From Thecamonas trahens ATCC 50062 (lineage: Eukaryota > Protista > Apusomonadida), in NCBI RefSeq assembly GCF_000142905.1, contig NW_013657653.1:352392-416391 (forward strand): a DNA stretch of 64,000 nucleotides, read 5' to 3'. The notes below the pieces were generated by a model, which worked only from the letters and a program-made list of their open reading frames with translations, was not told the origin of the DNA and did no database searches. This document shows positions 10,758 through 21,013 of this stretch, piece by piece. Positions within the stretch are counted from its first letter, which is position 1; each line of letters starts with the position of its first letter. The position numbers and the translations under genes were made by a program.

Positions 10758-11255
10758 CTAATCCTCCTTGGGCGTGAGGAGGCCGAGCTCGCGGGCCTCG
10801 ATGAGGGAGGGGACGTTGTCGAGCTGCAGAGCGAGGGCAACCATGCAGATGGAGCCGATGAGAGTGTGGTAGAGAGCCATGCGCTCGGCGGCGGAGCGGA
10901 GAGCATCGAGGTCAGTGATGGCAGTGTTGACGACAGTCTCGCGCAGCGGGTTGACGCCGGCGACAAAGATGCCGAGCGAGATGATGGCCATGGCCAGGCC
11001 GGCGAGCGAGGTAAAGTTGCGGAGATCGTAGGCCGACTTGAGGATGGCGAGAGCAGCGAGACCGATTGCCGCCGGAACCATTGCCGCTCCAGGCAGCAGC
11101 TTCTGGCTCTCTTGGCGCTGGTGATGGGCATAGTACGACTTGAACTCGGCGAGGTCGTCGGCCGTCTCCCAGTGGAGGTCAAAGGTGAGGTCGATGGCAA
11201 GGAGGCCTAGGACGACGGCGAAGGCAATGCCAGCGACATTCATACGCAGGGTCAT
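10758..11255 (-). CDS. Small 4-TM membrane protein (possibly Shr3-like ER chaperone)
   Basis: 165-aa ORF starting MTLRMNV with four hydrophobic segments ending ...VALALQ. It sits next to a gap, so an upstream exon cannot be excluded. Confidence 0.6.
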   Translation of the reverse strand: MTLRMNVAGIAFAVVLGLLAIDLTFDLHWETADDLAEFKSYYAHHQRQESQKLLPGAAMVPAAIGLAALAILKSAYDLRNFTSLAGLAMAIISLGIFVAGVNPLRETVVNTAITDLDALRSAAERMALYHTLIGSICMVALALQLDNVPSLIEARELGLLTPKED

Positions 11256-12124
11256 GGTGGGGTAGGGGGGGGGGGGGGGGGCGTAGGGNNNNNNNNNNNN
11301 NNNNNNNNNNNNNNNNNNNNNNNNNNNNNNNNNNNNNNNNNNNNNNNNNNNNNNNNNNNNNNNNNNNNNNNNNNNNNNNNNNNNNNNNNNNNNNNNNNNN
11401 NNNNNNNNNNNNNNNNNNNNNNNNNNNNNNNNNNNNNNNNNNNNNNNNNNNNNNNNNNNNNNNNNNNNNNNNNNNNNNNNNNNNNNNNNNNNNNNNNNNN
11501 NNNNNNNNNNNNNNNNNNNNNNNNNNNNNNNNNNNNNNNNNNNNNNNNNNNNNNNNNNNNNNNNNNNNNNNNNNNNNNNNNNNNNNNNNNNNNNNNNNNN
11601 NNNNNNNNNNNNNNNNNNNNNNNNNNNNNNNNNNNNNNNNNNNNNNNNNNNNNNNNNNNNNNNNNNNNNNNNNNNNNNNNNNNNNNNNNNNNNNNNNNNN
11701 NNNNNNNNNNNNNNNNNNNNNNNNNNNNNNNNNNNNNNNNNNNNNNNNNNNNNNNNNNNNNNNNNNNNNNNNNNNNNNNNNNNNNNNNNNNNNNNNNNNN
11801 NNNNNNNNNNNNNNNNNNNNNNNNNNNNNNNNNNNNNNNNNNNNNNNNNNNNNNNNNNNNNNNNNNNNNNNNNNNNNNNNNNNNNNNNNNNNNNNNNNNN
11901 NNNNNNNNNNNNNNNNNNNNNNNNNNNNNNNNNNNNNNNNNNNNNNNNNNNNNNNNNNNNNNNNNNNNNNNNNNNNNNNNNNNNNNNNNNNNNNNNNNNN
12001 NNNNNNNNNNNNNNNNNNNNNNNNNNNNNNNNNNNNNNNNNNNNNNNNNNNNNNNNCCCCCCCCCCACACACCCCTCACTCACTCGCCCTCCCTCACTCA
12101 CCCCTCCCCCCACCTCCCACACAG

Positions 12125-13568
12125 TGGTGCCACCCACTCCCGATGTGTGATCATGGACACCACAGGCGCTGTACTCGCCCGCTCTGTTGGTGGCTGCACC
12201 AACCCCTATGTACGTCCCTCTCCCCCAGTTCCCTCTCCGGCTGTCACACGCACTCGTGGCACTCATCGCACACATTCCACGCATCGCACACATCGCACAC
12301 ATCGCACACATCACGCACATCGCACACACCGCACTCATCGCACACATTCCACTCATCGCACACAATCCACACTCATCGCACACATCGCACACATCGCACA
12401 CATCGCACACCTTCCACTCATGGCACACATTCCACACTCATCGCACACATCGCACACATCGCACACATCGCACACCTTCCACTCATGGCACACATTCCAC
12501 TCCTCGCACACATTCCACTCATCGCACACATTCCACTCATCGCACACACCGCTCTCTCTGCTGTTGTGGTATGGCACTCACGCACACGGGATGCAGCTGC
12601 TATCACCAGAGGCTGTGGCCGATGAGATCGTGACCATGGTGCGCAAGGCGGTGGACGAGCTCGATGGCGCCCAGCTTCCGATTCCCGCGCTGGGTCTTGC
12701 GCTGTCGGGAGGCGAAAAGGGTGAGATGGCCGAGAAGCTGACAGAGGCTGTTCTTGCCCATCCAGAGGGCGGGTGCGGGCTGGTTGGCACACTACTGTGC
12801 GTCAACGACACGATGGGCCCGATTGCGGCCGCAACGCCCGAGGCCACCGGGGTGTGTCTCATCTCGGGCACCGGCTCCAACTGCCGGGCGGTGCTGCCGG
12901 ACGGCTCGCGCTGTGGCGTCGGCGGGTGGGGCCACCTACTTGGCGACGATGGCTCAGCGTACGATCTCGCGTCGACTACGCTCAAGACGCTATTGCGGGC
13001 CATGGACGGGTTCATGGTCGAGGACGACCCGCTGGCGGCCATGGACCCGACGCGGGCGACGGCGGTGGTGATCGAGCACTTTGGTCTTGCCGCGCCTGAC
13101 GACGCCACCCCGGTCCTTGAGGGCCTCTTGCCCATCATGTACTCGAGTTTCGAGAAGGCGCGCATTGCAAGCCTGACGGCCAAGCTCTCGGTCGCAGCCC
13201 GCGATGGCGACGAGCTCTGCGCTGCGCTCTTTGCGCGAACCGGCCGACTGCTTGCACGGCACGTGTGCGCGCTTGCGCCGCGTCTGCCGGTATCCATGAC
13301 CAAAGTCCCCGGTGGGTTGGTCATTGTCGCCACTGGCTCGGTCTTCCAGTCATGGGATCTGCTCTGCGACGCGTTTGTGACGACGCTAACCGGCGGCTCG
13401 CCGACGCGTAGTCTGGACGCATTTACGCTTGTCACGCTCTCCGAGACTTCTGCAGTGGGAGCGGCGCGCATGGCCGCCATCAAAGGCGGCATCGAGCTGG
13501 CGTACGACCCGTCGCCGTATGTCGACGTGCTGTACAGCCACCCTCCACAGGCGGGCGGCAAGTCATGA
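12125..13568 (+). CDS. NAGK: N-acetylglucosamine kinase (BadF/BadG/BcrA/BcrD ATPase family); 5' end lost in gap; exons 12125..12209 and 12597..13568
   Basis: GLALSG, LISGTGSNCR and GVGGWGHLLGDDGSAY match NAGK. GATHSRCVIMD follows an acceptor at 12124. GTACGT...CAG intron at 12210-12596. Confidence 0.88.
12258..12548. repeat. CATCGCACA (9-bp) / CATTCCACT composite minisatellite inside NAGK intron
   Basis: Directly visible tandem units. They account for the His-rich spurious ORFs. Confidence 0.9.
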
Positions 13569-14802
13569 GTGCGCGCCGGTCACGCCAGACGCTGCGTCGG
13601 ACGCCTCCCCGGCCGGCCCGGCCTCGGCCAGCGGGACGTGGAAGACTGTCGGACGCTCGTCCTCGGCAATCCGGCGCAGCCGGCTCGGGAGCGCACCGAG
13701 CAATGTCGAGCCGCGGCGCCGGGTTGCCTCGAGCGCAACCGACTCGGAGGCCGANNNNNNNNNNNNNNNNNNNNNNNNNNNNNNNNNNNNNNNNNNNNNN
13801 NNNNNNNNNNNNNNNNNNNNNNNNNNNNNNNNNNNNNNNNNNNNNNNNNNNNNNNNNNNNNNNNNNNNNNNNNNNNNNNNNNNNNNNNNNNNNNNNNNNN
13901 NNNNNNNNNNNNNNNNNNNNNNNNNNNNNNNNNNNNNNNNNNNNNNNNNNNNNNNNNNNNNNNNNNNNNNNNNNNNNNNNNNNNNNNNNNNNNNNNNNNN
14001 NNNNNNNNNNNNNNNNNNNNNNNNNNNNNNNNNNNNNNNNNNNNNNNNNNNNNNNNNNNNNNNNNNNNNNNNNNNNNNNNNNNNNNNNNNNNNNNNNNNN
14101 NNNNNNNNNNNNNNNNNNNNNNNNNNNNNNNNNNNNNNNNNNNNNNNNNNNNNNNNNNNNNNNNNNNNNNNNNNNNNNNNNNNNNNNNNNNNNNNGCGGC
14201 GACCGCCGCTCGCCCGGTGACCGCGGCGGCGCCTTCCACACCGGCGTCGTCTCGCGGGCGTGGCCGAGCGAGCGGGTGAGCGCCGCTGTCAGCGGCGTCG
14301 TCTCGCGCGAGGGATTGCGGTAGGTAAACGACGGGGCGGCCAGCTCGAATCGCCGCTGCGACGGTGGGCCAGGCGAATACGAGTGCGAGCGCGGAGCAAA
14401 CCGGCCGTGCTGCGGCGTCAGCCGCCGCTTTGCCCGCTCCAGGCTCTCGTCCCGCACATGCGGTGAGTGCGGGCTCAGTGCACTCACGGAGCTCGCTGCC
14501 GAGACGCTCGCCCGCCCTGTCGACGCCGATGTCGACGCTGGCGCCGGCCGTGGAAAGCTCTGCCGCAACGGCGGTGGAGTGCGGCTTGAGCTCGCTGCGC
14601 CAGCCTCGGCTCTAGCGGCCGTCGATGCATACGACGAGACCCACAGCGAGTTCTCGACGTCTTCCCCGGTGGCCAGCTTGAGATCCAGGATCTCGTTGGC
14701 GATCTGCTGTGAGATGAACCGCTTCTCCGACCGAAAGTTGTCGAGATCAATGTCCTTGTTCCGTCTCTTGAGGTCTTTGCGATGAGGATTGAGATGAGCC
14801 AT
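13563..14802 (-). CDS. Hypothetical Ser/Pro/Arg-rich protein spanning an assembly gap
   Basis: ORF from ATG 14802 (MAHLNPHRK...) runs into the gap. After the gap, the frame ...RLRRIAEDERPTVFHVPL...GAHS* ends at TGA 13565-13563. Confidence 0.55.
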
Positions 14803-14821
14803 GGTGATCTGTTAGCCTAGC

Positions 14822-14975
14822 CACAGCCGCCCAAGTCGCCCAAGCCCAGCCGTCCAAGTCGCCCAAGCCCAGCCGTCCACCAGCACACCAGCCCAGCCGC
14901 ACACCAGCCCAGCCGCACACCAGCCCAGCACCAGCACAGCACAAGCACCAGCACAGCACAAGCACCAGACCAACC
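14822..14975. repeat. CCAGC/CACAG-rich short tandem repeats
   Basis: Directly visible low-complexity repeats upstream of the 14802 ATG. Confidence 0.7.
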
Positions 14976-15456
14976 ACACACATACCCATATCAGTCGGTC
15001 AGTCCCCTCCCCCTCCCCCTCCCCGTCCCCTCATCCCCCTCCCCCTCCCCTCCCCTCCCCTCCCCCTCCCCCCTCCCCCTTTCTCCGCATGTCGCATTGC
15101 GCTCCCCCCCCCTTCAGCCCCACTGCTCCACTGCCCCCCCCCTCCCCCATCCCCATCAACCACACACATACCTAGAACAACACACTGTAGTCGCCCCGGT
15201 ATTGCGCGTTCTGCGCCTGGTGGGCTAGGTGGGGGCTGGCTAGGGGTGGACGGTGCGGGTGGTCGCCTCGCCGTCAGCACGGGAAAAGAGTCAGGCGTGG
15301 TTTGTGTTGGTGAGGTAGATTGGTCGCCTCTTGTGGGGGGAGACGGTGAGACCGGTCGCCACAGTCGGGCTGCTGGCTGCTAGAGGACGGAGAGTGTACT
15401 GGAGATCAATTGGATCCAGAACGAGGGGGGGGGGGGGTGGGGGGGGGAGGGGGCTA

Positions 15457-18400
15457 TTAGAGACGCGGGTCATCATCGCGGGTGTGGGCAGCGGTAGGAG
15501 CGGGGGCAGGAGGCGCAGGCTCGGGGCGCGAGCCACAGCACCCGCCGCTGTTGGTGGTGGCGGTGGGGTGAGGCGACGGGGCAGACGATGGGGTGGGCGG
15601 GAGTGGCGGCTGTGGACGAGTCGACTTGCGCCGCCGCGGGAGGCCAGTCGGCCCGGGGGTGGGGCGGGAGGCGCCAGTCGCCGAGCGCGAGCGATTGAGC
15701 AGCGGCCCAGGCGGTGGTGGTGCAGAGAGCCCGCGTCGCGGACGGGTCGCCGCTGGCGCTTCGCCGAGAGCGTCGAGCACATGCGTCCCGACCGAGTGGA
15801 TCTGGACATTCGGCTGGAACTCGCGGGTGACTGTGGCAACAATCGCTGCGGCGCCCGACGCCTTGAGCGCAACAAGCGTCGGCGGATGGGTGACCAGTCG
15901 CTTGAGCGCAAGCAGGCAGTGAAGGAGGAGCGGCGCCACGGTGGGAAAGGCCGCCATCAGTGCCCCGATCCGCTCCGGAACGCCGGCTTCTAGAAGCGCG
16001 TCCTGGACCTCGTCCGGGCCCGAAGCAAAGGCCCGGAGCATGGCCGCGAGCTCGACGTTGACTTTTTCCGACCATACCTGCGGCGCGTCGAGGATGCGGA
16101 CAAGGCCTGGCAGTAAGTCCGGGAGTCCCGTCAGGGCGGGCAGCAGACTGGCATCCGACGCGAGCGCTAGGTTGCGCAGCAGCGCAATAAGCCGTGCCAT
16201 GCCGGCCGACACGTCGCTGGTGACTTGCGAGACAAAGGCAGTGCGCGCCTGTGCGGCGGCGGGCAGGTCGTCGAGCATCCGGGTGTCCGAGTCCAGCCGC
16301 TGGCGGGCCTGGAACTGCACCACGGTGGCGCGTCGGGCGGCGAAGAGGACTGCGAGCGCGTGCGGGAGATCACTGCTGCTCTCGCCGCCGTCACCGCCAT
16401 TGTCGTCGGTGAGCCGCTCTAGCTCCACGCCGTCGAGCGAGGCGGCAGCGCGCTCGTAGATGCGCATGGCAGCGACAAGCAGGTCAGGTGACGGCAGCGC
16501 TACGTAGACCGGAGCGCGGAAGACGTCCGATGAGGTGACGTTGCGTAGGATGCCGACACCTACGGTGAGGATCGGGGTATAAGCCGATGCGCGGGTCGCC
16601 GCGCTAGCGAGGGTGGTGAGAATGAGGCCCATGCCGCGCGACATTTCCATAAACATCGACCGCCCGCGCGGCGCCGAGACGAGCTCGAGGATGACGGAGA
16701 GCGCCTGGGCGACGATCTGGGCATGGTCGGCGTACTTGTTGAGGAGGCGAAAGAGGAGCTTAAAGGCGGTGGTGTCGGCGAGGAGCACGTTGTAGAGCGG
16801 TGGCGAGAGCGCGCACTTGCGTAGGACGCCGAGTCCGTGAAAAACAGCAGCGGGATGTAAAGGCCGATGCCCGACTGCGGCGCGGCCTCGAGCGAGCCGT
16901 CGGCAACCGAGGCGAGTCGGAGTATGGTCAGTCGGAGGAGGCCCGAGTTGAGGACAACGACTCGGTTGCGGGCGTTGGCGCAAAAGTCAGCCAGGACCGC
17001 GAGCGCGAGCGCGAGCTCGGTTGGCGCCACTGTGTGGTGCTTGAGCATCTGCTTGAGCTTGACCAGCACAACCTTCGACTGCCGGATGTGGGTGACGGCG
17101 AGCTCGCCGCGGGTGAAGCGGAGGAGCATGCGGAGGCCGAGCCGGACCACGCCCGGGTTCTGGAAGTGGTTGTGGACGACCCGGACGAGCTCGTCAGTCA
17201 TGATGAGGACGAGCGCGCGCGAGTGCTCCAGCCCGTACCGCGCCTGCTTGTCAAAGAGTGCGTCAAGCTCGCTGAGCGTGGTGAGCTGAACGTGTGCCGA
17301 CGCGGATTCGCTGCGGAGCCGGGCAACCGTGGCGCGGGTGTGGGTGAGCAGGGCGTTGAGCGCAATGTCCCGCTCGGCGGCGACGGCGGCGCGGTCCGGA
17401 TCGAGCGGCGCTTCGAAGACAAGCCGGTCGAGGACAGCATGAAACTGGGCGGCGGTCGGGCGGGCGTGCGGGTTGGCCGACCATCCGGCGCGGACCAGGC
17501 TGGCCAGTTCGCCGGGCACCTCGGGCCTCAGCGGCACGACGTTGCCCGGCGACTCGCGGAGGTTGGCCGGTCGCTGGCCGCGGTACGGCTGGCGGAGGTA
17601 GCCCGAGAAAGAGGCGTCAAAGGCGAACCAGACCAGGGTGGCAAACGACCACACGTCGGCGGCTGGCGTCCGGGCTCGAGCATTGCCCAGCTCGCCATAC
17701 TTGAGCAGCTCGGGTGCGCCGTAGAGGCTCGAGACAACGAGCGGTGCGTCGAGCACGTTCATCAGATTGGCCACGCCCGGCTCGGCAAGCAACGCCGTGT
17801 AGTCGGTGTCGATGAGCACATTTGATGGCTTAAGGTTGCCGTGCGCCACGCCGGCCGAGTGCAGAAAGGCCAGGCCAGCGGCGGCGTCGCGAAGGACCTT
17901 GAGCACTTGAATGACGCCCATGTCACGGAACGACGGTGCGTAGACAAGATCCTCGAGCGAGAGGTGCGAGCGGACCAGCTGCGAGACAAGGATGAGCGAC
18001 GAAGGGTAGTCCTCAAGCACAACGCCAATGTAAGAGACAACAGACATGTGTGTGGTGGCCGAGACAAGGGCGGTGAGCTGGGTGGTGAGCGCAACAACGC
18101 CGTCGCGGCTGACCGTCTGCGAAGCTGCGAGCTCGCCCGATAGTGCGAGTCGTCGCACAAAGACATCGGCCGATAGGTAGCGGGCCGGCTTGGACGCGTT
18201 GGTCTCGAGCTGCGACGCCTCTTCGACATCGGTTTCGAGCTCGGGTGGAAAGGTGAGGGCAGACAAAGGAATGAGGTTGAGTTGGGAGGCAGGAATAACG
18301 ACAACCGGCGAGGTGTCGTCGGTCGAGGCCAGCGACGCGCTAGCGCCACCGAGTGTGAGCGTGACGGTCGCATCTGGGTCGAGGAGTGAGACTGCGTACT

Positions 18401-18485
18401 CGAGCTGGCCGTCGGCGTTGAGGGTGGCGGTGGTCTGGAGCGCATGCGCGGTGCGGGTGGCCGCCGCGTCCGCGTTTGCGAGTCC

Positions 18486-18524
<39 letters not shown>

Positions 18525-20316
18525 GCAAGCGGGATCCGACTCGAGCTGCGGCCGGCTTGGTCCCCCGCCTTCGTCCGACTCTGACTCTCCATCCGGATGC
18601 TCGACCGGGAGCAGAACCGTGCCTCCCTCGGCATCGTCATCAGAGTCTGACAAAGCGCGCCGGCCACGGCCCGGGAGCTTGGCCGTCCGCAGCGCGTCGG
18701 GGAGGGCGTCAGAGAACGATGGTGCTGCCGTTGAGGCGTTGACCGGCGTGCCTGGGGTCGCGGCGTCGGCAGCGATGCCTGTGAGTGCATCGCGCGGGTC
18801 CGCGGCATCATGGACCGAGCGGCGCGACGAGCCGAGTAGCGTGCGGGTACCGGAGACATGGCGCTCGATGGCGGCAACCCACGCCTTGCACCGCTTGACG
18901 GTGGGGCGGTGAACGGGAGTTCGCGGCCTGACTCCAGGCGGATGGTGAAGTGCTTCTTGGAGCGCTTGACGGGAAGGACGCGGAGGACGACGCCGACGCG
19001 ATCGCCACCTAGAAACAGGATGCCGCACTCGACCGAGTACACGTTGGGCGGGAGGACCGCGCGGGGGTCCTTGGGCATGTTCTTGGACTTGGCTAGGATG
19101 ACCCGAGGCGGGCTGGTGTCGGGCAGGCCGGACCACAGGACGCGGAGCAGGGCAAAGCGGCGCCGTCGGGCAGTGGCGGGTCGAGGATGCCTTCAAAGTC
19201 GTCATGGATGAGGTCGGCTGGTGTAGCGCCGGTGCTGGTCTTGGCCGCCACCGGGACGCCGAGCGCAAGGCCGCGAGCAACCAGCGGGCGTGAGCCGATG
19301 GCTACGGCAGCGTGGAGGAGCGTCGCAGACGCAGCGTCGGTTAGCGACGCCAGCGTCACCTGGTCGTCACCTGGCCACGCGTTGAGGATAAGCTGGAGCG
19401 TGAAAAGGTCGTGATGAGTGATGGCTTCGGTGAAGCGGACCATGCGAAGAATGTCCTCGAGAGCGGCCACAATGTCCGGAAACCGCGGGCGGGCAGCTGG
19501 CTCGCGCTCGAGGCAGGCAGCGACAAGGTCGACAAGGGGCGCCGGCCAGGCGCTGCTGTCGATGCGTGGCAGTGTGGCGTACTCGTTGTCGCGGCCGTTT
19601 GGCCAGGCGCGGATGCCGGTGATGACCTCGTGTGCCACGACCCCAAAGGAAAAGACGTCTGCCGGGGGATCCTGCTCGCGGCCGGCGAGGACCTCGGGCG
19701 CCATGTATGCGCGGGTTCCGCCGGTAACGGCGTTGTGCTCGTCGTGAGGCAGCGCAAAAGCCGAGAGGCCAAAGTCGGCAATCTTAGCCGTCTGGGTGGC
19801 TGCCTCGATGAGGATGTTGTCGGGCTTGAGATCGCGGTGCAGCATGCCGCGAGCGTGCAAGTACGCCATGCCGCGGGCAACGTCGAGCAGCGCATTCACC
19901 CGCGCCGAGTCGGAAGCAAACCGTTCCGCAGGATGCGGCGAGAACATCTTTGTCTTGAGTGGGCCTCCATCAACATACTCCATAACAATGGCAAGGTCGG
20001 GCAGATCGAGCGCCGCCGCCACAAAGCCTGTGCAGTTTGGATGAGCCGAGACCTGGGAAATGGCCGCCACCTCTGCCACAAACGCCCTTGCCGTCGCCAG
20101 CTGAGCCTCATCATCGCCATCGCCATCGCCATCGCCATCGCCGTCCCCTGCTCTGCTTCTTCTGTGGAAGGTCTTGACCGCCACCGGTCTGTCCATGTAT
20201 CGCCCACGGTGGACTGCGCCAAAGGCCCCGGAGCCGAGCTGCTTGTCCAGCCGGACCTCACGGAGGGAGACGGTGAGGAACGGCGAGGTGGAGGGAGGCC
20301 GTATGGAGAGCGACAT
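15457..20316 (-). CDS. Multidomain TKL-type kinase - ankyrin - PH - pseudokinase - ARM-repeat protein (~1620 aa; three apparent frameshifts)
   Basis: Kinase 1 has GSGAFG, VAVK, HRDLKPDN, DFG and APE. ANK-like TLLHAAV...GATPADL. PH-like FTIRL...FTAP/TVKRCKAWVAAIE. Kinase 2 has HGNLKPSN and no DFG. Helical ARM-like repeats follow. The frames join if one base is added at homopolymers near 19151, 18904 and 16842. Confidence 0.8.
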
Positions 20317-21013
20317 GGGGGTGGGGGTGGGGGGTGGGGGGTGGGGGGGTGGGTGGGGGAGTGGGGGAAGTGGGGGTGGTGAGGTGGTGCCAATGAGTGG
20401 CGATTGCGGTGGCTGTGGCGGGTGAGTGACCGGCGGTAAAGGGGGGGGGGGGGGGGGGGTGGATGTGTTGCGATCAAAGTGATGGTAGTGGTGAGGGTGG
20501 CAGTGGTGAGGGTGGTAGTGGTGAGGGTGGTGGTAGGTAGTGGTAGGTAGTGGTGGGTAGTGGTAGGTAGTGGTGGGTGGTGGTGGACGGGATCTGGCTG
20601 CCACCATGCCCATCTGCGCTACCTTGTTCGCGCGCGCATGCATGCTTACATGGTGTGCACAGGCACGAGCATGGAGTTGAGCATGGAGTTGAGCATGGGT
20701 AGCGATGTGGAGGTGGAGAGGGTTGTATCGTTATAGGGGCGCCGATGGACGCGATGATCGTGCTTTGGGGTGTATGAGACGGCAGCTGAGGCAAAGTCTT
20801 TGCGCGACGATTGATCTGGAGTTTTCCAGACCGACAGGGAAAAGGAACTGCACGAGGCATGCAGAAGCTCCCTGAAGCGACTGGGCACTGCTGGGCACTG
20901 CTGGGCAGTTTATAGTTGCGATGATGAGAGCGTCGCTTGCGCGGGAGCGGGCGCAGACCGATCTGCGTGCATGTGGGCGAGCGATGGGCTGGTGACAAGA
21001 GCGAGTGGAGCGA

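Noticed and set aside
12258-12548. Regular short repeats resembling a CRISPR-like array or a His-rich peptide
   Set aside because: The units are contiguous with no unique spacers, there are no cas genes, and the tract lies inside the NAGK intron.
10758-14802. ORFs running through N gaps (poly-X proteins; also 31045..32757)
   Set aside because: Artefacts of translating N. Frame across gaps cannot be determined.
15291-15993. Opposing ~210-aa ORFs downstream of the large kinase
   Set aside because: Arg/Pro-rich shadow frames running into poly-G spacer sequence.
20650-21000. Lower-GC intergenic stretches (also 47350-47520 and 62290-62750) as possible ncRNA loci
   Set aside because: No tRNA cloverleaf, snRNA or snoRNA boxes could be identified by eye. 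An Infernal/Rfam scan would be needed.
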